This document shows, piece by piece, positions 1 through 9,148 of a stretch of 64,000 nucleotides of DNA. The stretch spans positions 14,247 to 78,246 of the forward strand of contig JBGTLG010000022.1 of NCBI GenBank assembly GCA_041744215.1. The letters are read 5' to 3'. The notes beneath the pieces are model-generated. The model was not told where the DNA came from. It was given only the letters and a program-made list of their open reading frames with translations, and ran no database searches. The stretch's first letter is position 1; each line of letters opens with the position of its first letter. This DNA is from Fimbriimonadales bacterium. Lineage in GTDB: Bacteria > Armatimonadota > Fimbriimonadia > Fimbriimonadales > ATM1. The position numbers and the translations under genes are program-made.

Positions 1-2
1 CA

Positions 3-218
3 GGCGGCGACGAAGGCGGTCGAACCTACTGGCATGCCGGAATTGGTGCTGCCGTGACCGACTTCCAGCCAGCAGACCTGCTTTTCGCAGCTCGTGCAGG
101 GGTCGGCCGGGAGTTCGGCGAGCGGATGTTCGTCGAAGGCAACGTGATGTGGTCAGACGAAGACAAGGGAGGCAGAAGCGTCACTGGCGCATCCGCTTTC
201 GTCGGATTTCGGTTCTGA
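3..218 (+). CDS. C-terminal fragment of a probable outer-membrane beta-barrel protein (truncated by window edge)
   Basis: Open frame reads ...YWHAGIGAAV...FAARAGVGREF...FVEGN...ASAFVGFRF* with alternating amphipathic strands and terminal Phe (OMP signature); not in the ORF track. Confidence 0.6.
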   Translation, partial: GGDEGGRTYWHAGIGAAVTDFQPADLLFAARAGVGREFGERMFVEGNVMWSDEDKGGRSVTGASAFVGFRF

Positions 219-307
219 GAGGCTAAACGCCGAAATTGTGGGCCGGGCGAGGAATCTCGCTCGGCCTACGTATTTCTTTGGCCAACGCCCGTCTAAAGGA
301 GACACAC

Positions 308-883
308 GTGAGCACAGAAACGCCAGGAGTCAGATACGCGGAGATAGAGAGGGAGTCCGATTCGACGCGCGTTAGGGTCGTCCTTGACCTTGACGGAGGC
401 CAGAAGGCCACAGTCGACACCGGAATCGGATACTTCGACCAACTGCTCGCACTAATGGCCGGTGCGGGTCGGATAGACCTTGGGGTCTCAGCGGAAGGCG
501 ACCTCGCGGTGGATGACAGGAACACGATCGAAGAGGTTGGCTACTGCTTGGGACGGGCTGTTAGGCATGCACTCGGAGATGGACAGGGAATCATCGGGCG
601 GGCTTCCGAGGCTGCCGTCCACGAGGACGCCCTCGTGCTGGTCGCTCTCGATCTTGCGACGAGGCCGTACCTCGGCTATGAACTTGGCCTAACCTACGAG
701 CGGATTGGAGGCTTGACGGGTGAGTATGTCGAGACGTTCCTCCGATCATTCACGCTTCAGGCAGGCCTCAGTCTTCATGTGCGACGCCTCGACGGCCACA
801 ACAATCACCATCTGTGCGAGGCGACTTTCAAAGGTCTGGGGCGTGTGCTGGGTCGCGCGGCCCAAAAGACCGAACTCGTCTGA
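308..883 (+). CDS. hisB: Imidazoleglycerol-phosphate dehydratase-like protein with degenerate first metal motif
   Basis: GTG at 308 after AAGGAG; DTGIGYFD, GDLAVDD, GHNNHHLCEATFKGLG match IGPD; FDHML is FDQLL and DHHTVED is DRNTIEE. Confidence 0.8.
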   Translation: MSTETPGVRYAEIERESDSTRVRVVLDLDGGQKATVDTGIGYFDQLLALMAGAGRIDLGVSAEGDLAVDDRNTIEEVGYCLGRAVRHALGDGQGIIGRASEAAVHEDALVLVALDLATRPYLGYELGLTYERIGGLTGEYVETFLRSFTLQAGLSLHVRRLDGHNNHHLCEATFKGLGRVLGRAAQKTELV

Positions 884-885
884 CC

Positions 886-1428
886 GTGCGCTTGCTACCC
901 AAACTCGTTATTGGCGGCCGGGAGCCACCGGCTGACGCCCGCGAGCGGGCAATTCGCCTCGCTCAGGCAGGCTCGACTGAGGTGCTGGTCTATGACGAGG
1001 ACGGTGACAGGGCCGGCGCCCCACAGTGCGTTCAGGTTATCGCTGAGGTTATCTCGACCTTTCCCGGTGCGGTGATCGTCGATGCGGGGGTCCATCTTAT
1101 CCATGTCGCCGACTTGGTTTTGGGGCTGGGAGCGAGCCGGGTGGTGGTGAGCGTTTCGGCCGTCGCAACAGACCTTGCCCTTAAAAACTTCGCTACTCGC
1201 TTCGGCTCGTCGGTGATTTTCCGGGGCTCTGGGGCTGAACTTGGTTCTCTTCGCGAAGCAGGAGTTTCGGTAATCGTGCAGAATGCTAACCCGCGAGACA
1301 TTCAATCGGTTCACGCAAAGGAACTTCTGGCAGACCCCGATGATGCTTCTCGCAACCCTGGACTCTGGGCAAACGTATCTATTGCCGGCCTGGTCGTCCG
1401 AGAGAATGAATACGCCGAGATGTCATGA
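886..1428 (+). CDS. Shortened, divergent HisA/HisF-family TIM-barrel protein
   Basis: Follows hisB; LAQAGSTEVLVYDEDGDRAG...LGLGASRVVV...RFG parallels the HisA N-terminal half; ~180 aa. Confidence 0.65.
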   Translation: MRLLPKLVIGGREPPADARERAIRLAQAGSTEVLVYDEDGDRAGAPQCVQVIAEVISTFPGAVIVDAGVHLIHVADLVLGLGASRVVVSVSAVATDLALKNFATRFGSSVIFRGSGAELGSLREAGVSVIVQNANPRDIQSVHAKELLADPDDASRNPGLWANVSIAGLVVRENEYAEMS

Positions 1429-1736
1429 GTTGGCTTCAGTCACTATTGGGAAACTTCTTTGTGCAGATCTTCATTGGGATAGGCATCATGGTGTTGCTGA
1501 TCACGATCGGCGAGTCGATCAAGAGCCTGGTCTCAGGCAGGACATCCGGAAAAGCGATCCGAAAAGCCCGAGAGGAGTCGAGTAAGGAATTGGTCGGATT
1601 ACGGAATGAAATGCAAAGCATGAAGGAAATGTTGCTGGCACATTCGATGAGCCTTGACGAAAACGTGTCCCATCTCGCACGGCGTGTTGAGCACCTCGAG
1701 CGCCAGGTTGGAAATGTACACACAGGAGGCGGTTAA
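1425..1736 (+). CDS. Small membrane-anchored coiled-coil protein (paralog 1)
   Basis: ATGA overlap with upstream gene; N-terminal TM helix; C-terminal HSMSLDENVSHLARRVEHLE. Confidence 0.75.
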   Translation: MSWLQSLLGNFFVQIFIGIGIMVLLITIGESIKSLVSGRTSGKAIRKAREESSKELVGLRNEMQSMKEMLLAHSMSLDENVSHLARRVEHLERQVGNVHTGGG

Positions 1737-2024
1737 ATGGAATGGCTAATACCAATCGTAGCGATCTTCTGCGTTTTTGGATTGCCGATGATTATCGGTC
1801 TCGTTTCTATCATGCTCAAGCACCAGCGAACCATGGCGGAATTGATTCATAGCAACAAAGGCGTAAACATTGAGCAGGAACATGAGATAGCCGCGCTTAG
1901 ATCTGAGATCGAGAACCTTAAGTCAGCGCTTTACGATCACTCGTCGAGCATCGACGACAACGTTCGGGCGCTTGCAAGTCGCGTCGAGCGTGTGGAATCA
2001 GAATCGCGAATTCGGGAAGCGTGA
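1737..2024 (+). CDS. Small membrane-anchored coiled-coil protein (paralog 2)
   Basis: SD AGGAGG; TAA-ATG abutting; N-terminal TM helix; HSSSIDDNVRALASRVERVE resembles paralog 1. Confidence 0.75.
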   Translation: MEWLIPIVAIFCVFGLPMIIGLVSIMLKHQRTMAELIHSNKGVNIEQEHEIAALRSEIENLKSALYDHSSSIDDNVRALASRVERVESESRIREA

Positions 2025-2069
2025 TAGTTCGCGACTGCGACCGTTCGATCGTCGTTTTTTATTGAATTG

Positions 2070-2145
2070 TGGCGCCCCCGACAGGACTCGAACCTGTGGC
2101 CCACTGCTTAGAAGGCAGTTGCTCTATCCGCTGAGCTACGGGGGC
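2070..2145 (-). tRNA. tRNA-Arg(TCT)
   Basis: Reverse complement GCCCCCGTAGCTCAGCGGATAGAGCAACTGCC-TTCTAA-GCAG...GGTTCGAGTCC...GGGGGCGCCA; cloverleaf, encoded CCA. Confidence 0.95.
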
Positions 2146-2156
2146 ACACGGAGATT

Positions 2157-2939
2157 TTACCCGTGCAGGTTTTGCTGTTCTGCGTCCTCAGTAGGTTCCG
2201 TGATTGCAGTAACCGGCAGATCCAGCTCTTCGAGAGCTTGGTTTATCGAGTTGAGTTGCGCCCGAATGTCTGACATAGCCTCCAGAAAAACTTCCTTTTC
2301 TGCAGGCACTGTGTCGCCAACCAGTCGATGGCCGAGAATCTGAACACGCATCGAATCCAACGCACTGATAAACACGGCGCACTGTCCTTCTGTGCGCGTT
2401 ACTCGCGCTGTGATGCCCTGGAAGTGTCGGCGGTACTCCGCAACATTCTTGTCGGCCATAACATAAAGCTCGTTCGTCTCCATGTCCGGCGACTGAACGT
2501 GAAACGGAAACGCGGCGGTCGCAAGGTTTCCTTCGCTGCGCATTATTTCCCCACGCACTATGTCCGCCCTTCGAAGCGATTCGTAGAGCTGGTTCGCGGT
2601 GCGCTCTATTCGGTTTGGAAGATCGTTCATAGATCTGCGAATATGCTCTGGAGCGAGTTTGAGAGCAGCGCGCAAACGGTCTAACCGATCTTCGACTAAA
2701 CTCCAGAGGTGCTTGTGTTCAGAATTTTTAAATCGCCGATTGAGAAAGTCGTTTCTGACCGCGAGTGAGTAAATGCCTAACCCAACGCCGGTAATCGCAA
2801 GGCCAAAGCCGAAGGCGACGGCTCCCATTCCGGCAAGCAGATATGTCGCATAAACGCACGCGGACATTGCGAGCAGCCTGAAGGGGTGGAAGATTGCTGC
2901 CGCGTAAATCTTGCGATCTGCGCGCTTGATTTCGCTCAT
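2157..2939 (-). CDS. Hypothetical protein with two N-terminal TM helices and a helical/coiled-coil C-terminus
   Basis: ATG overlaps gatA stop (TAATG); hydrophobic hairpin then helical region. Confidence 0.7.
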   Translation of the reverse strand: MSEIKRADRKIYAAAIFHPFRLLAMSACVYATYLLAGMGAVAFGFGLAITGVGLGIYSLAVRNDFLNRRFKNSEHKHLWSLVEDRLDRLRAALKLAPEHIRRSMNDLPNRIERTANQLYESLRRADIVRGEIMRSEGNLATAAFPFHVQSPDMETNELYVMADKNVAEYRRHFQGITARVTRTEGQCAVFISALDSMRVQILGHRLVGDTVPAEKEVFLEAMSDIRAQLNSINQALEELDLPVTAITEPTEDAEQQNLHG

Positions 2940-4387
2940 TAGACGATGTTTGGTAATCCAATCTTCGGCAGAACCTCTTCTGCCGCGAGAGCAATAGAGA
3001 ACAGTTTCGCCTCGTCGAATCCGTTCGCAACGAGTTGCAGGCCGACAGGGAGGCCGTTTGCGAGCCCGCACGGCAAGCTGATCGCCGGAAAGCCGCCCAT
3101 GTTCGCGGGGATTGTGCAGAAGTCGGCGAGTTTCAAGGCCATTGGGTCATCCAGTTTGTCCCCAAGCGGAAAAGCCGTAGTTGGACTGGTTGGACAAACA
3201 ACCCCATCGTAATCTGCGAAGAGTGCTTCAATCTGGCGCTTCATCAGAGTGCGCGCTTGACAAGCCTTTGCATAAAACGCATCGTAGTATCCGGACGACA
3301 ACACATACGTGCCGATAACGATTCGCTCCTGAACTTCTTTACCGAATCCGCGAGAGCGTGTATGCGTCATCATTTTGATTGAATTGTCACCCTCCTCTCT
3401 CAAGCCGTATCGGACGCCATCAAATCGCGCTAAGTTGCTGCTCGCTTCGGCCGGCGCGATGATGTAATATGTCGATACGCCGTGTTCGATAACTGGGAGT
3501 GAAACTTCTTCGATGATCGCTCCGGCGTTAGACAGTGCGTCCATTGCAGCCAGCACACTTGCCCGAACTTCGGGCGCAACGTGACTCGAAAACATCTCTG
3601 TGGGAGCGGCGAGCTTCTTTCCTTTGATGCTTGGTGCACGCGCTAACTCTTGATCGTAGGGTCGGTCGACTGTGGTGGAGTCAGCTCGATCGATTCCAAC
3701 TACGGCTTCGAAAGCGTCGATCACATCGGAAACATTGCGAGCGAACGGCCCAATCTGATCGAGCGAACTCGCGAACGCCACAAGTCCGAAGCGGCTGACA
3801 CGTCCATACGTCGGCTTGAACCCGACAACGCCAGATAGTGCCGCTGGCTGCCGCACACTCCCTCCGGTGTCAGAGCCATAAGCGATTGGCGCCATGCAAG
3901 CGGCTACCGCTGCTGCGCTGCCACCGCTGCTTCCGCCTGGAACGCAATCGGTGTTCCAGGGATTTCGCGTCGGAAAGAATGCGCTGTACTCCGTACTCGT
4001 TCCCATCGCGAATTCATCCATGTTTGTCTTGCCGACGATAACCGATCCTGCATCTTCCAGGCTCTTTGCGGCAGTTCCTTGGTGCGCAGGAATGTAGTTT
4101 TCAAGAATCTTGGACGCGCAAGTCGTGCGCAATCCTTCTGTAATCATGTTGTCTTTCAGCGCAACTGGGATGCCAGTCAACGGATTCGATCTCCCATTGT
4201 CGAGCATCTCCTGCGCTCTGTCGGCACTGGAGAGCGCGCGCTCCGGATCGACAGTGATGAACGCACGAATTCTTGGATCGAGCTTGGTGATTTGAGTGAG
4301 ATGAGCTTCTGCGAGTTCGCGTGCCGAGAACGCCCTCTCTCGAAGACCGCTCCTCATTTCGCCAACGGAGAGCGATTCGAGACCCAT
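2939..4387 (-). CDS. gatA: Asp/Glu-tRNA amidotransferase subunit A
   Basis: Amidase signature GGSSGGSAAAVAA, GSDTGGSVRQPA, ASSNLARFDGVRYG. Confidence 0.97.
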   Translation of the reverse strand: MGLESLSVGEMRSGLRERAFSARELAEAHLTQITKLDPRIRAFITVDPERALSSADRAQEMLDNGRSNPLTGIPVALKDNMITEGLRTTCASKILENYIPAHQGTAAKSLEDAGSVIVGKTNMDEFAMGTSTEYSAFFPTRNPWNTDCVPGGSSGGSAAAVAACMAPIAYGSDTGGSVRQPAALSGVVGFKPTYGRVSRFGLVAFASSLDQIGPFARNVSDVIDAFEAVVGIDRADSTTVDRPYDQELARAPSIKGKKLAAPTEMFSSHVAPEVRASVLAAMDALSNAGAIIEEVSLPVIEHGVSTYYIIAPAEASSNLARFDGVRYGLREEGDNSIKMMTHTRSRGFGKEVQERIVIGTYVLSSGYYDAFYAKACQARTLMKRQIEALFADYDGVVCPTSPTTAFPLGDKLDDPMALKLADFCTIPANMGGFPAISLPCGLANGLPVGLQLVANGFDEAKLFSIALAAEEVLPKIGLPNIV

Positions 4388-4389
4388 CG

Positions 4390-4677
4390 CTACTCAATAA
4401 TCGTCGGGACCAGAAAGAGGCCGGCTTCCGACGAAGGGGCATTTGCGAGCGCCCGATCCCGAGGCATCCCGTCGGCGGCCTGATCTTCTTCCCAAACGCT
4501 CCTAGAATCGACGGCGTGGGCCGACACTTCGACACCAGCTAACTGTAATTCTTGCAGGTGTGTGAAATGCGTTAGCACTCGATTCAAGTCGGAGTGCATC
4601 GCTTCCAACTCGGCATCGGAAAGCCGGAGCCGCGCCAAGTCGGCGATCTGGCGCAATTCGTCCATCGATATCGGCAT
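4390..4677 (-). CDS. gatC: Asp/Glu-tRNA amidotransferase subunit C
   Basis: IADLARLRLS...LANAP...FLVP; directly upstream of gatA. Confidence 0.93.
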   Translation of the reverse strand: MPISMDELRQIADLARLRLSDAELEAMHSDLNRVLTHFTHLQELQLAGVEVSAHAVDSRSVWEEDQAADGMPRDRALANAPSSEAGLFLVPTIIE

Positions 4678-4717
4678 GGCGAGGTCACTATACCTTTGGG
4701 TGCGGCCATAATCCGAG

Positions 4718-6727
4718 TTGATGCCGGCGCATAGGCTGCGTCCCAGCTACCAAATCGTCGCGACCCTATTGCTCGTCATAGCGAGTTTGGGGCTTGCGTT
4801 CAAACTCCTCTCAAGATATCTTCCCGAGGCGCAGCCGAACCTTGTCGCCCGCGAATACTCCACATTTCTCCAAGTCGTCGGCAGGCAAAAAGTCGATTGG
4901 TTCCCCTACTCAGCGGAGGCGTTCGAACAGGCTCAATCACTTGATCGGCTCATATACATGGAAGTCGGCTCACTTTTCAGCCGTTACTCAAACATCGTCG
5001 CTGATCGATTCTATAACGATGAAGAGTTCGTTCGTTTGCTCAATAGCCACTTCATCTCAATAAGGGTCGACATTGATGAGTTGCCTGCCGTAGCGCTTGC
5101 GTTGGCGGCAAACACCTCGGTCTTCGTTGACGCCGGAGGCGCGCTTTTTGTGGTGCTGACGCCGGAAGGGTATACGGTCGAAGCGACTCAATATCGACAG
5201 CTGAGATCTTCGCGAGAGCCGTTGGGTATGTATGAGTGGCTCTCTGACCACGCGCGAAACTGGGTCGTGGAGAAGGGCGAAGTCCGAGAGTCCGCGAAGA
5301 ATCGACTCGAAAGACAGGCGTCGTTGATGGCAAGCTCTTTACAAGCAGGCGCAGTCTCGGTTGACACCCCAGAGGAGTTCGCGGCCCAGCTGGCGGTGGC
5401 GTTTGATTCGGGAACCGGACGAATCGGGCAGCGACCAGCGCCGCTCTGTCCAGCTGCACCAGCGCTGCTTCTGTCCGTGCGCCGGACCGCGGTCGAGGGT
5501 CGCCGCTGGGTCCAGGCCCTTCGCATCAGCGCTTCCTACGATCACCTCCGGGGTGGGTTCTTCGACGACTCTCCGAACGGATGGTGGTCGCCGACCTACG
5601 GGAAGCGGGTTGGGCGATCAGCGCAGCTTGCATCGGTCTTGGCGGCAGCATCATCGAATGGCGATCTGCTTTCTCAGGCGGCTCGGCAAACGACGAACTG
5701 GATTCGGGAATCAGCGGTTGGCGATGACGGCCAGTTGTACGGAGTAGGCCTGTCCACGGACGAACTCGTCCTCGAGGGGAGCCGATACTACGACTTCACG
5801 ACGGTCCAACTGCCGCCGAACTCGCCATTTCGTATTGGGGCGACTCGCTCGACCGGGCCGCCATATCTGACCGAATCACGGATGACGGACCCAGCGGACC
5901 TCATCGCCCAGGCAGCCGAGGTCCTGAATCGGGTCGCTGAGGGGCGGCAGCCGCCGATGTTCGATCCAGCGACCTATACGGACGACAACGCGCGCACGAT
6001 CTCAGGCTTGGCGCTCACGGGCATTATGCTCGGCGAGTCAGCGCTGTTGGCGGTCGCGGAGCTGCGATTGAGGCGGCTGCTGCTGACGCGAGTACACGGG
6101 CTTGGCGACGTCGATCACGCTCCCTCAGGGCGCGCCAAGACGACGGGATTCTCCGGCGACTACGTCTGGCTCGTTCGGGCGATCCTTGACGTTTATAGGG
6201 GAACTGGTGATCGCGATCTGTTGGAAATCGCGCGAAGGATTACGTCCCGCGCGCGGGAACTGTTCGCCACTGACACGGGTCTGCTCTTGACGCGCTTAAA
6301 GTCGGAGAAAGTCGGTGCGTTCGAGATTGACGTCGTAAATCTGGCGGATGATTGGCACGAAAGCATCAACTCCGTCTGGATAAGGAACTTGCAAGACCTC
6401 GCGGGCATCCTTGCAGACACAAGTCACCATGCGCTTGCGAGGAACGCCTTGCAGTCAATCGGGACGTCCGCACCACGGTTGGGTGTCGGCGGTGCTGGGC
6501 TAATGCGTGCGCTTTATGAACACTTTCGCCCAATTGTGCTTGTCTCAGCTCCGGATCCGACGCTCTTCTCTATCGAGCTGCAGCGACGCCGATTTGGGAT
6601 TCTTGTCGCGCCAAATCCCGTGCCGAACGACCCTGTGGGCTACCATTGGGTTGAGGCCGGTGTCAAACAAGGGCCGTTCACTCTGGCGGAGATTGAGGCG
6701 CGGTTACGCCTGTCTGAGGGCCGGTAG
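4718..6727 (+). CDS. YyaL/DUF255-like thioredoxin plus alpha/alpha-barrel protein, membrane-anchored, lacking CxxC
   Basis: VDWFPYSAEAFEQAQSLDRLIYMEVG...LLNSHFISIRVD, YDHLRGGFF, GDYVWL match the family; N-terminal TM. Confidence 0.75.
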   Translation: MMPAHRLRPSYQIVATLLLVIASLGLAFKLLSRYLPEAQPNLVAREYSTFLQVVGRQKVDWFPYSAEAFEQAQSLDRLIYMEVGSLFSRYSNIVADRFYNDEEFVRLLNSHFISIRVDIDELPAVALALAANTSVFVDAGGALFVVLTPEGYTVEATQYRQLRSSREPLGMYEWLSDHARNWVVEKGEVRESAKNRLERQASLMASSLQAGAVSVDTPEEFAAQLAVAFDSGTGRIGQRPAPLCPAAPALLLSVRRTAVEGRRWVQALRISASYDHLRGGFFDDSPNGWWSPTYGKRVGRSAQLASVLAAASSNGDLLSQAARQTTNWIRESAVGDDGQLYGVGLSTDELVLEGSRYYDFTTVQLPPNSPFRIGATRSTGPPYLTESRMTDPADLIAQAAEVLNRVAEGRQPPMFDPATYTDDNARTISGLALTGIMLGESALLAVAELRLRRLLLTRVHGLGDVDHAPSGRAKTTGFSGDYVWLVRAILDVYRGTGDRDLLEIARRITSRARELFATDTGLLLTRLKSEKVGAFEIDVVNLADDWHESINSVWIRNLQDLAGILADTSHHALARNALQSIGTSAPRLGVGGAGLMRALYEHFRPIVLVSAPDPTLFSIELQRRRFGILVAPNPVPNDPVGYHWVEAGVKQGPFTLAEIEARLRLSEGR

Positions 6728-7577
6728 GAGGCTTCTTAGTCAGAGCGAATGATGCCCAGACCGCAACCACGCAGACTGCAAGTAAGGCCGTCGTCATGAT
6801 CTTCTCTTCGCGCGACATTTTGAACTCCCGCCAATTGACCGCCAACACTAACAGCCCAATCGGAACGAGCGCGGGTAGCGCGCGCAACGGAACGCCCAGC
6901 ATTGTGGTATCGCCGAGAAAGAGAACAATTCCCAAGTAGATCAGCAGGCCGGGCACAATTGCGATCAACGTTTCTTTGGATCTCATCCCGAACTTGTGGA
7001 TAGCTACGAAGAACATCGATAAGAACAGAAAATCGGCGGGGCCAATCTGTGCCGCAGGGGTTACGCTTCCGAACTGTGGGACTTTGTAGGCGATCGTCTC
7101 GAAAGCCATTCGGCCCTTCTCGCTCTCCAGAGCGAGTTTCACCGTCCCGATCGGCGCAAAGACAGCGATTATGTCAACGGCTGCGAGAACGAAGCAGATC
7201 GGGAGTAGCAGGTTTTTGTCGCGGATGCCTGTCGCAATCAGCGCGCCCAAAGAAGATGCCCACGCCAGGACGCCTATCTGCAACAGCGCACCAAACACGC
7301 TCAACGCGAATGTGGGCCCCGACACTTGCCTCGCGAGCAGTGTGATCAGCACGAACATGATAATCGCCAAGATAAAGGAAGTGAGCGCTGATCTCCACGT
7401 CCACCCGAACTTGCTGGCAAAGAAGATCGCAAACACGGGGAGTGAAACAAAGAGGATCGAAGAAACCACGGTCCCGAGGGTGAGCCAACCAACCGGAATT
7501 GGTATCAGCGGCACAGCGACTCCGAGGACGAACAGCCCTCCGAGAAGGATACCGACCCACCAGACTGGTTCCCGCAC
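6678..7577 (-). CDS. Multi-pass membrane protein, presenilin/signal-peptide-peptidase-like aspartic protease candidate
   Basis: About 9 TM segments; AVD, IGPADF and LPAL motifs in the order expected for YD, GxGD and PAL. Confidence 0.6.
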   Translation of the reverse strand: MREPVWWVGILLGGLFVLGVAVPLIPIPVGWLTLGTVVSSILFVSLPVFAIFFASKFGWTWRSALTSFILAIIMFVLITLLARQVSGPTFALSVFGALLQIGVLAWASSLGALIATGIRDKNLLLPICFVLAAVDIIAVFAPIGTVKLALESEKGRMAFETIAYKVPQFGSVTPAAQIGPADFLFLSMFFVAIHKFGMRSKETLIAIVPGLLIYLGIVLFLGDTTMLGVPLRALPALVPIGLLVLAVNWREFKMSREEKIMTTALLAVCVVAVWASFALTKKPPTGPQTGVTAPQSPPE

Positions 7578-7673
7578 GCGAAGAGGCTACCTAACCCAAG
7601 ATCAGTAGAGTCTCGTCTACTATCTCGAAGCCGTCCACAAACTCAAAACGGAGCGCGTCCATAATGGGTTCTA

Positions 7674-8216
7674 ATGGCTGATCTTCGACTGGACGCTGGT
7701 GACATTCGCCGCACGCTCGGGCGCATGGCGCATGAAGTTTTAGAGACGCACGAGGGCGCCGAGAATCTTGTTGTGATTGGGATTCTCAATCGGGGATTCT
7801 ATGTTGCAAAAAGATTGGCATTTGCAATGACAAATATCGAAGGGACTACCGTCCCGTCAGGAAGTCTTGATATTCGCCCATTCCGCGATGACGTCGCAAG
7901 ATCAGAGGGCATTGCAGATGAATCCGAGATCCCTTTCGACCTCAATGGAAAGCGCGTCGTTCTCGTTGATGAGGTCATGCAAACCGGTCGCACGATTCGT
8001 GCCGCATTAGATGCCATGATGCACCATGGGCGACCCGCGCAGGTGCGATTGGCAATCCTGATAGACAGGGGCGGACGCGAGTTGCCGATCCAGCCGAACT
8101 ATGTGGGCAAACTGATTGAAGTCGCGCCAGAAGAGCGCATCGAAGTAAAGTTCGCAGAAACAGACGGAGAAGACGCCGTCTACATTCAGAAAGGAGCCAT
8201 ACCTTGCACCTCTTGA
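7674..8216 (+). CDS. pyrR: Bifunctional pyrimidine regulator/uracil phosphoribosyltransferase
   Basis: RMAHEV, SLDIRPFRDD, VDEVMQTGRTIRAALDA, DRGGRELPIQP. Confidence 0.95.
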   Translation: MADLRLDAGDIRRTLGRMAHEVLETHEGAENLVVIGILNRGFYVAKRLAFAMTNIEGTTVPSGSLDIRPFRDDVARSEGIADESEIPFDLNGKRVVLVDEVMQTGRTIRAALDAMMHHGRPAQVRLAILIDRGGRELPIQPNYVGKLIEVAPEERIEVKFAETDGEDAVYIQKGAIPCTS

Positions 8217-9148
8217 GCATTCGAGAAATGCACCCCGAAAAGATTGAGGAGACCCTTGCGCTTTCGTTGCAAATGAAGAAAACAAGTCGCGCTGGTGGCA
8301 AACTGCCATCTTTGGCTGGGCGTGTTGTTGGAATGCTGTTCCTTGAAAACAGCACCCGAACTCGCGTTAGCTTTGAGCAGGCGGCGAGGAAGCTCGAACT
8401 GGCTTGCTGCGTGTTCGGTGTTCAGGGAACCTCGATGGCGAAAGGCGAATCCTTGAAGGACACTGTTTTAACGCTCCGCTACGAAGGAATTGATAGCCTC
8501 GTTATGAGGCACAATTCAAGCGGTGCGCCGTATCTCGCAGCACGCTTCTTCGGCGGCCCAGTTATCAATGCAGGCGACGGTATGCACGAGCACCCAACAC
8601 AGGCGCTCGCTGATGCAATGACGATTCTCGAACACAAGGAGCGCATCAAGGGGCTGTCAGTGGCCATCGTTGGCGACGTGATGCACTCGCGAGTTGCTCG
8701 CAGCAACTTGTGGCTGCTTTCCAAACTTGGGGCAGACGTCAGACTCGTTGGTCCGCGAACGCTTTTGCCGCGTCACCCAGGGCACTTGCCGGTGTCGATA
8801 CACTACGATCTAGCATCAGGCATTGAGGGCGCGGACGTCGTGATGGCGCTTCGAATGCAAAAAGAGCGGATGGATGGCGGTCTGGTGTCGAGCATGAGTG
8901 AATATGCATTCATGTATCAGGTCAACGCGAAGTCGCTACGCGGTGCGCAGCCGGATTGCTTGGTGATGCATCCTGGACCGATCAACCGAGGACTTGAACT
9001 CGATGATTGGACTGCAGACGGCCCGAACTCAGTCATCAACGAACAAGTCGAAAACGGTGTCTATGTGAGAATGGCGGTCTTTGCTAACGCCTTCGAAGCA
9101 AGCAATGGAAAACCGAAGAAGACACAAAAGAAGGCGGTCAGCGCATGA
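8204..9148 (+). CDS. pyrB: Aspartate carbamoyltransferase catalytic subunit
   Basis: FLENSTRTRVSF, HEHPTQAL, MHPGPINRG. Confidence 0.97.
   Translation: MHLLSIREMHPEKIEETLALSLQMKKTSRAGGKLPSLAGRVVGMLFLENSTRTRVSFEQAARKLELACCVFGVQGTSMAKGESLKDTVLTLRYEGIDSLVMRHNSSGAPYLAARFFGGPVINAGDGMHEHPTQALADAMTILEHKERIKGLSVAIVGDVMHSRVARSNLWLLSKLGADVRLVGPRTLLPRHPGHLPVSIHYDLASGIEGADVVMALRMQKERMDGGLVSSMSEYAFMYQVNAKSLRGAQPDCLVMHPGPINRGLELDDWTADGPNSVINEQVENGVYVRMAVFANAFEASNGKPKKTQKKAVSA

Noticed and set aside
1972-2343. ORF spanning tRNA-Arg, and the track's 15919 start and 17034-17318 ORF over tRNA-Ile/Ala
   Set aside because: Antisense read-through of tRNA genes; the real start of the exported protein is 16054.
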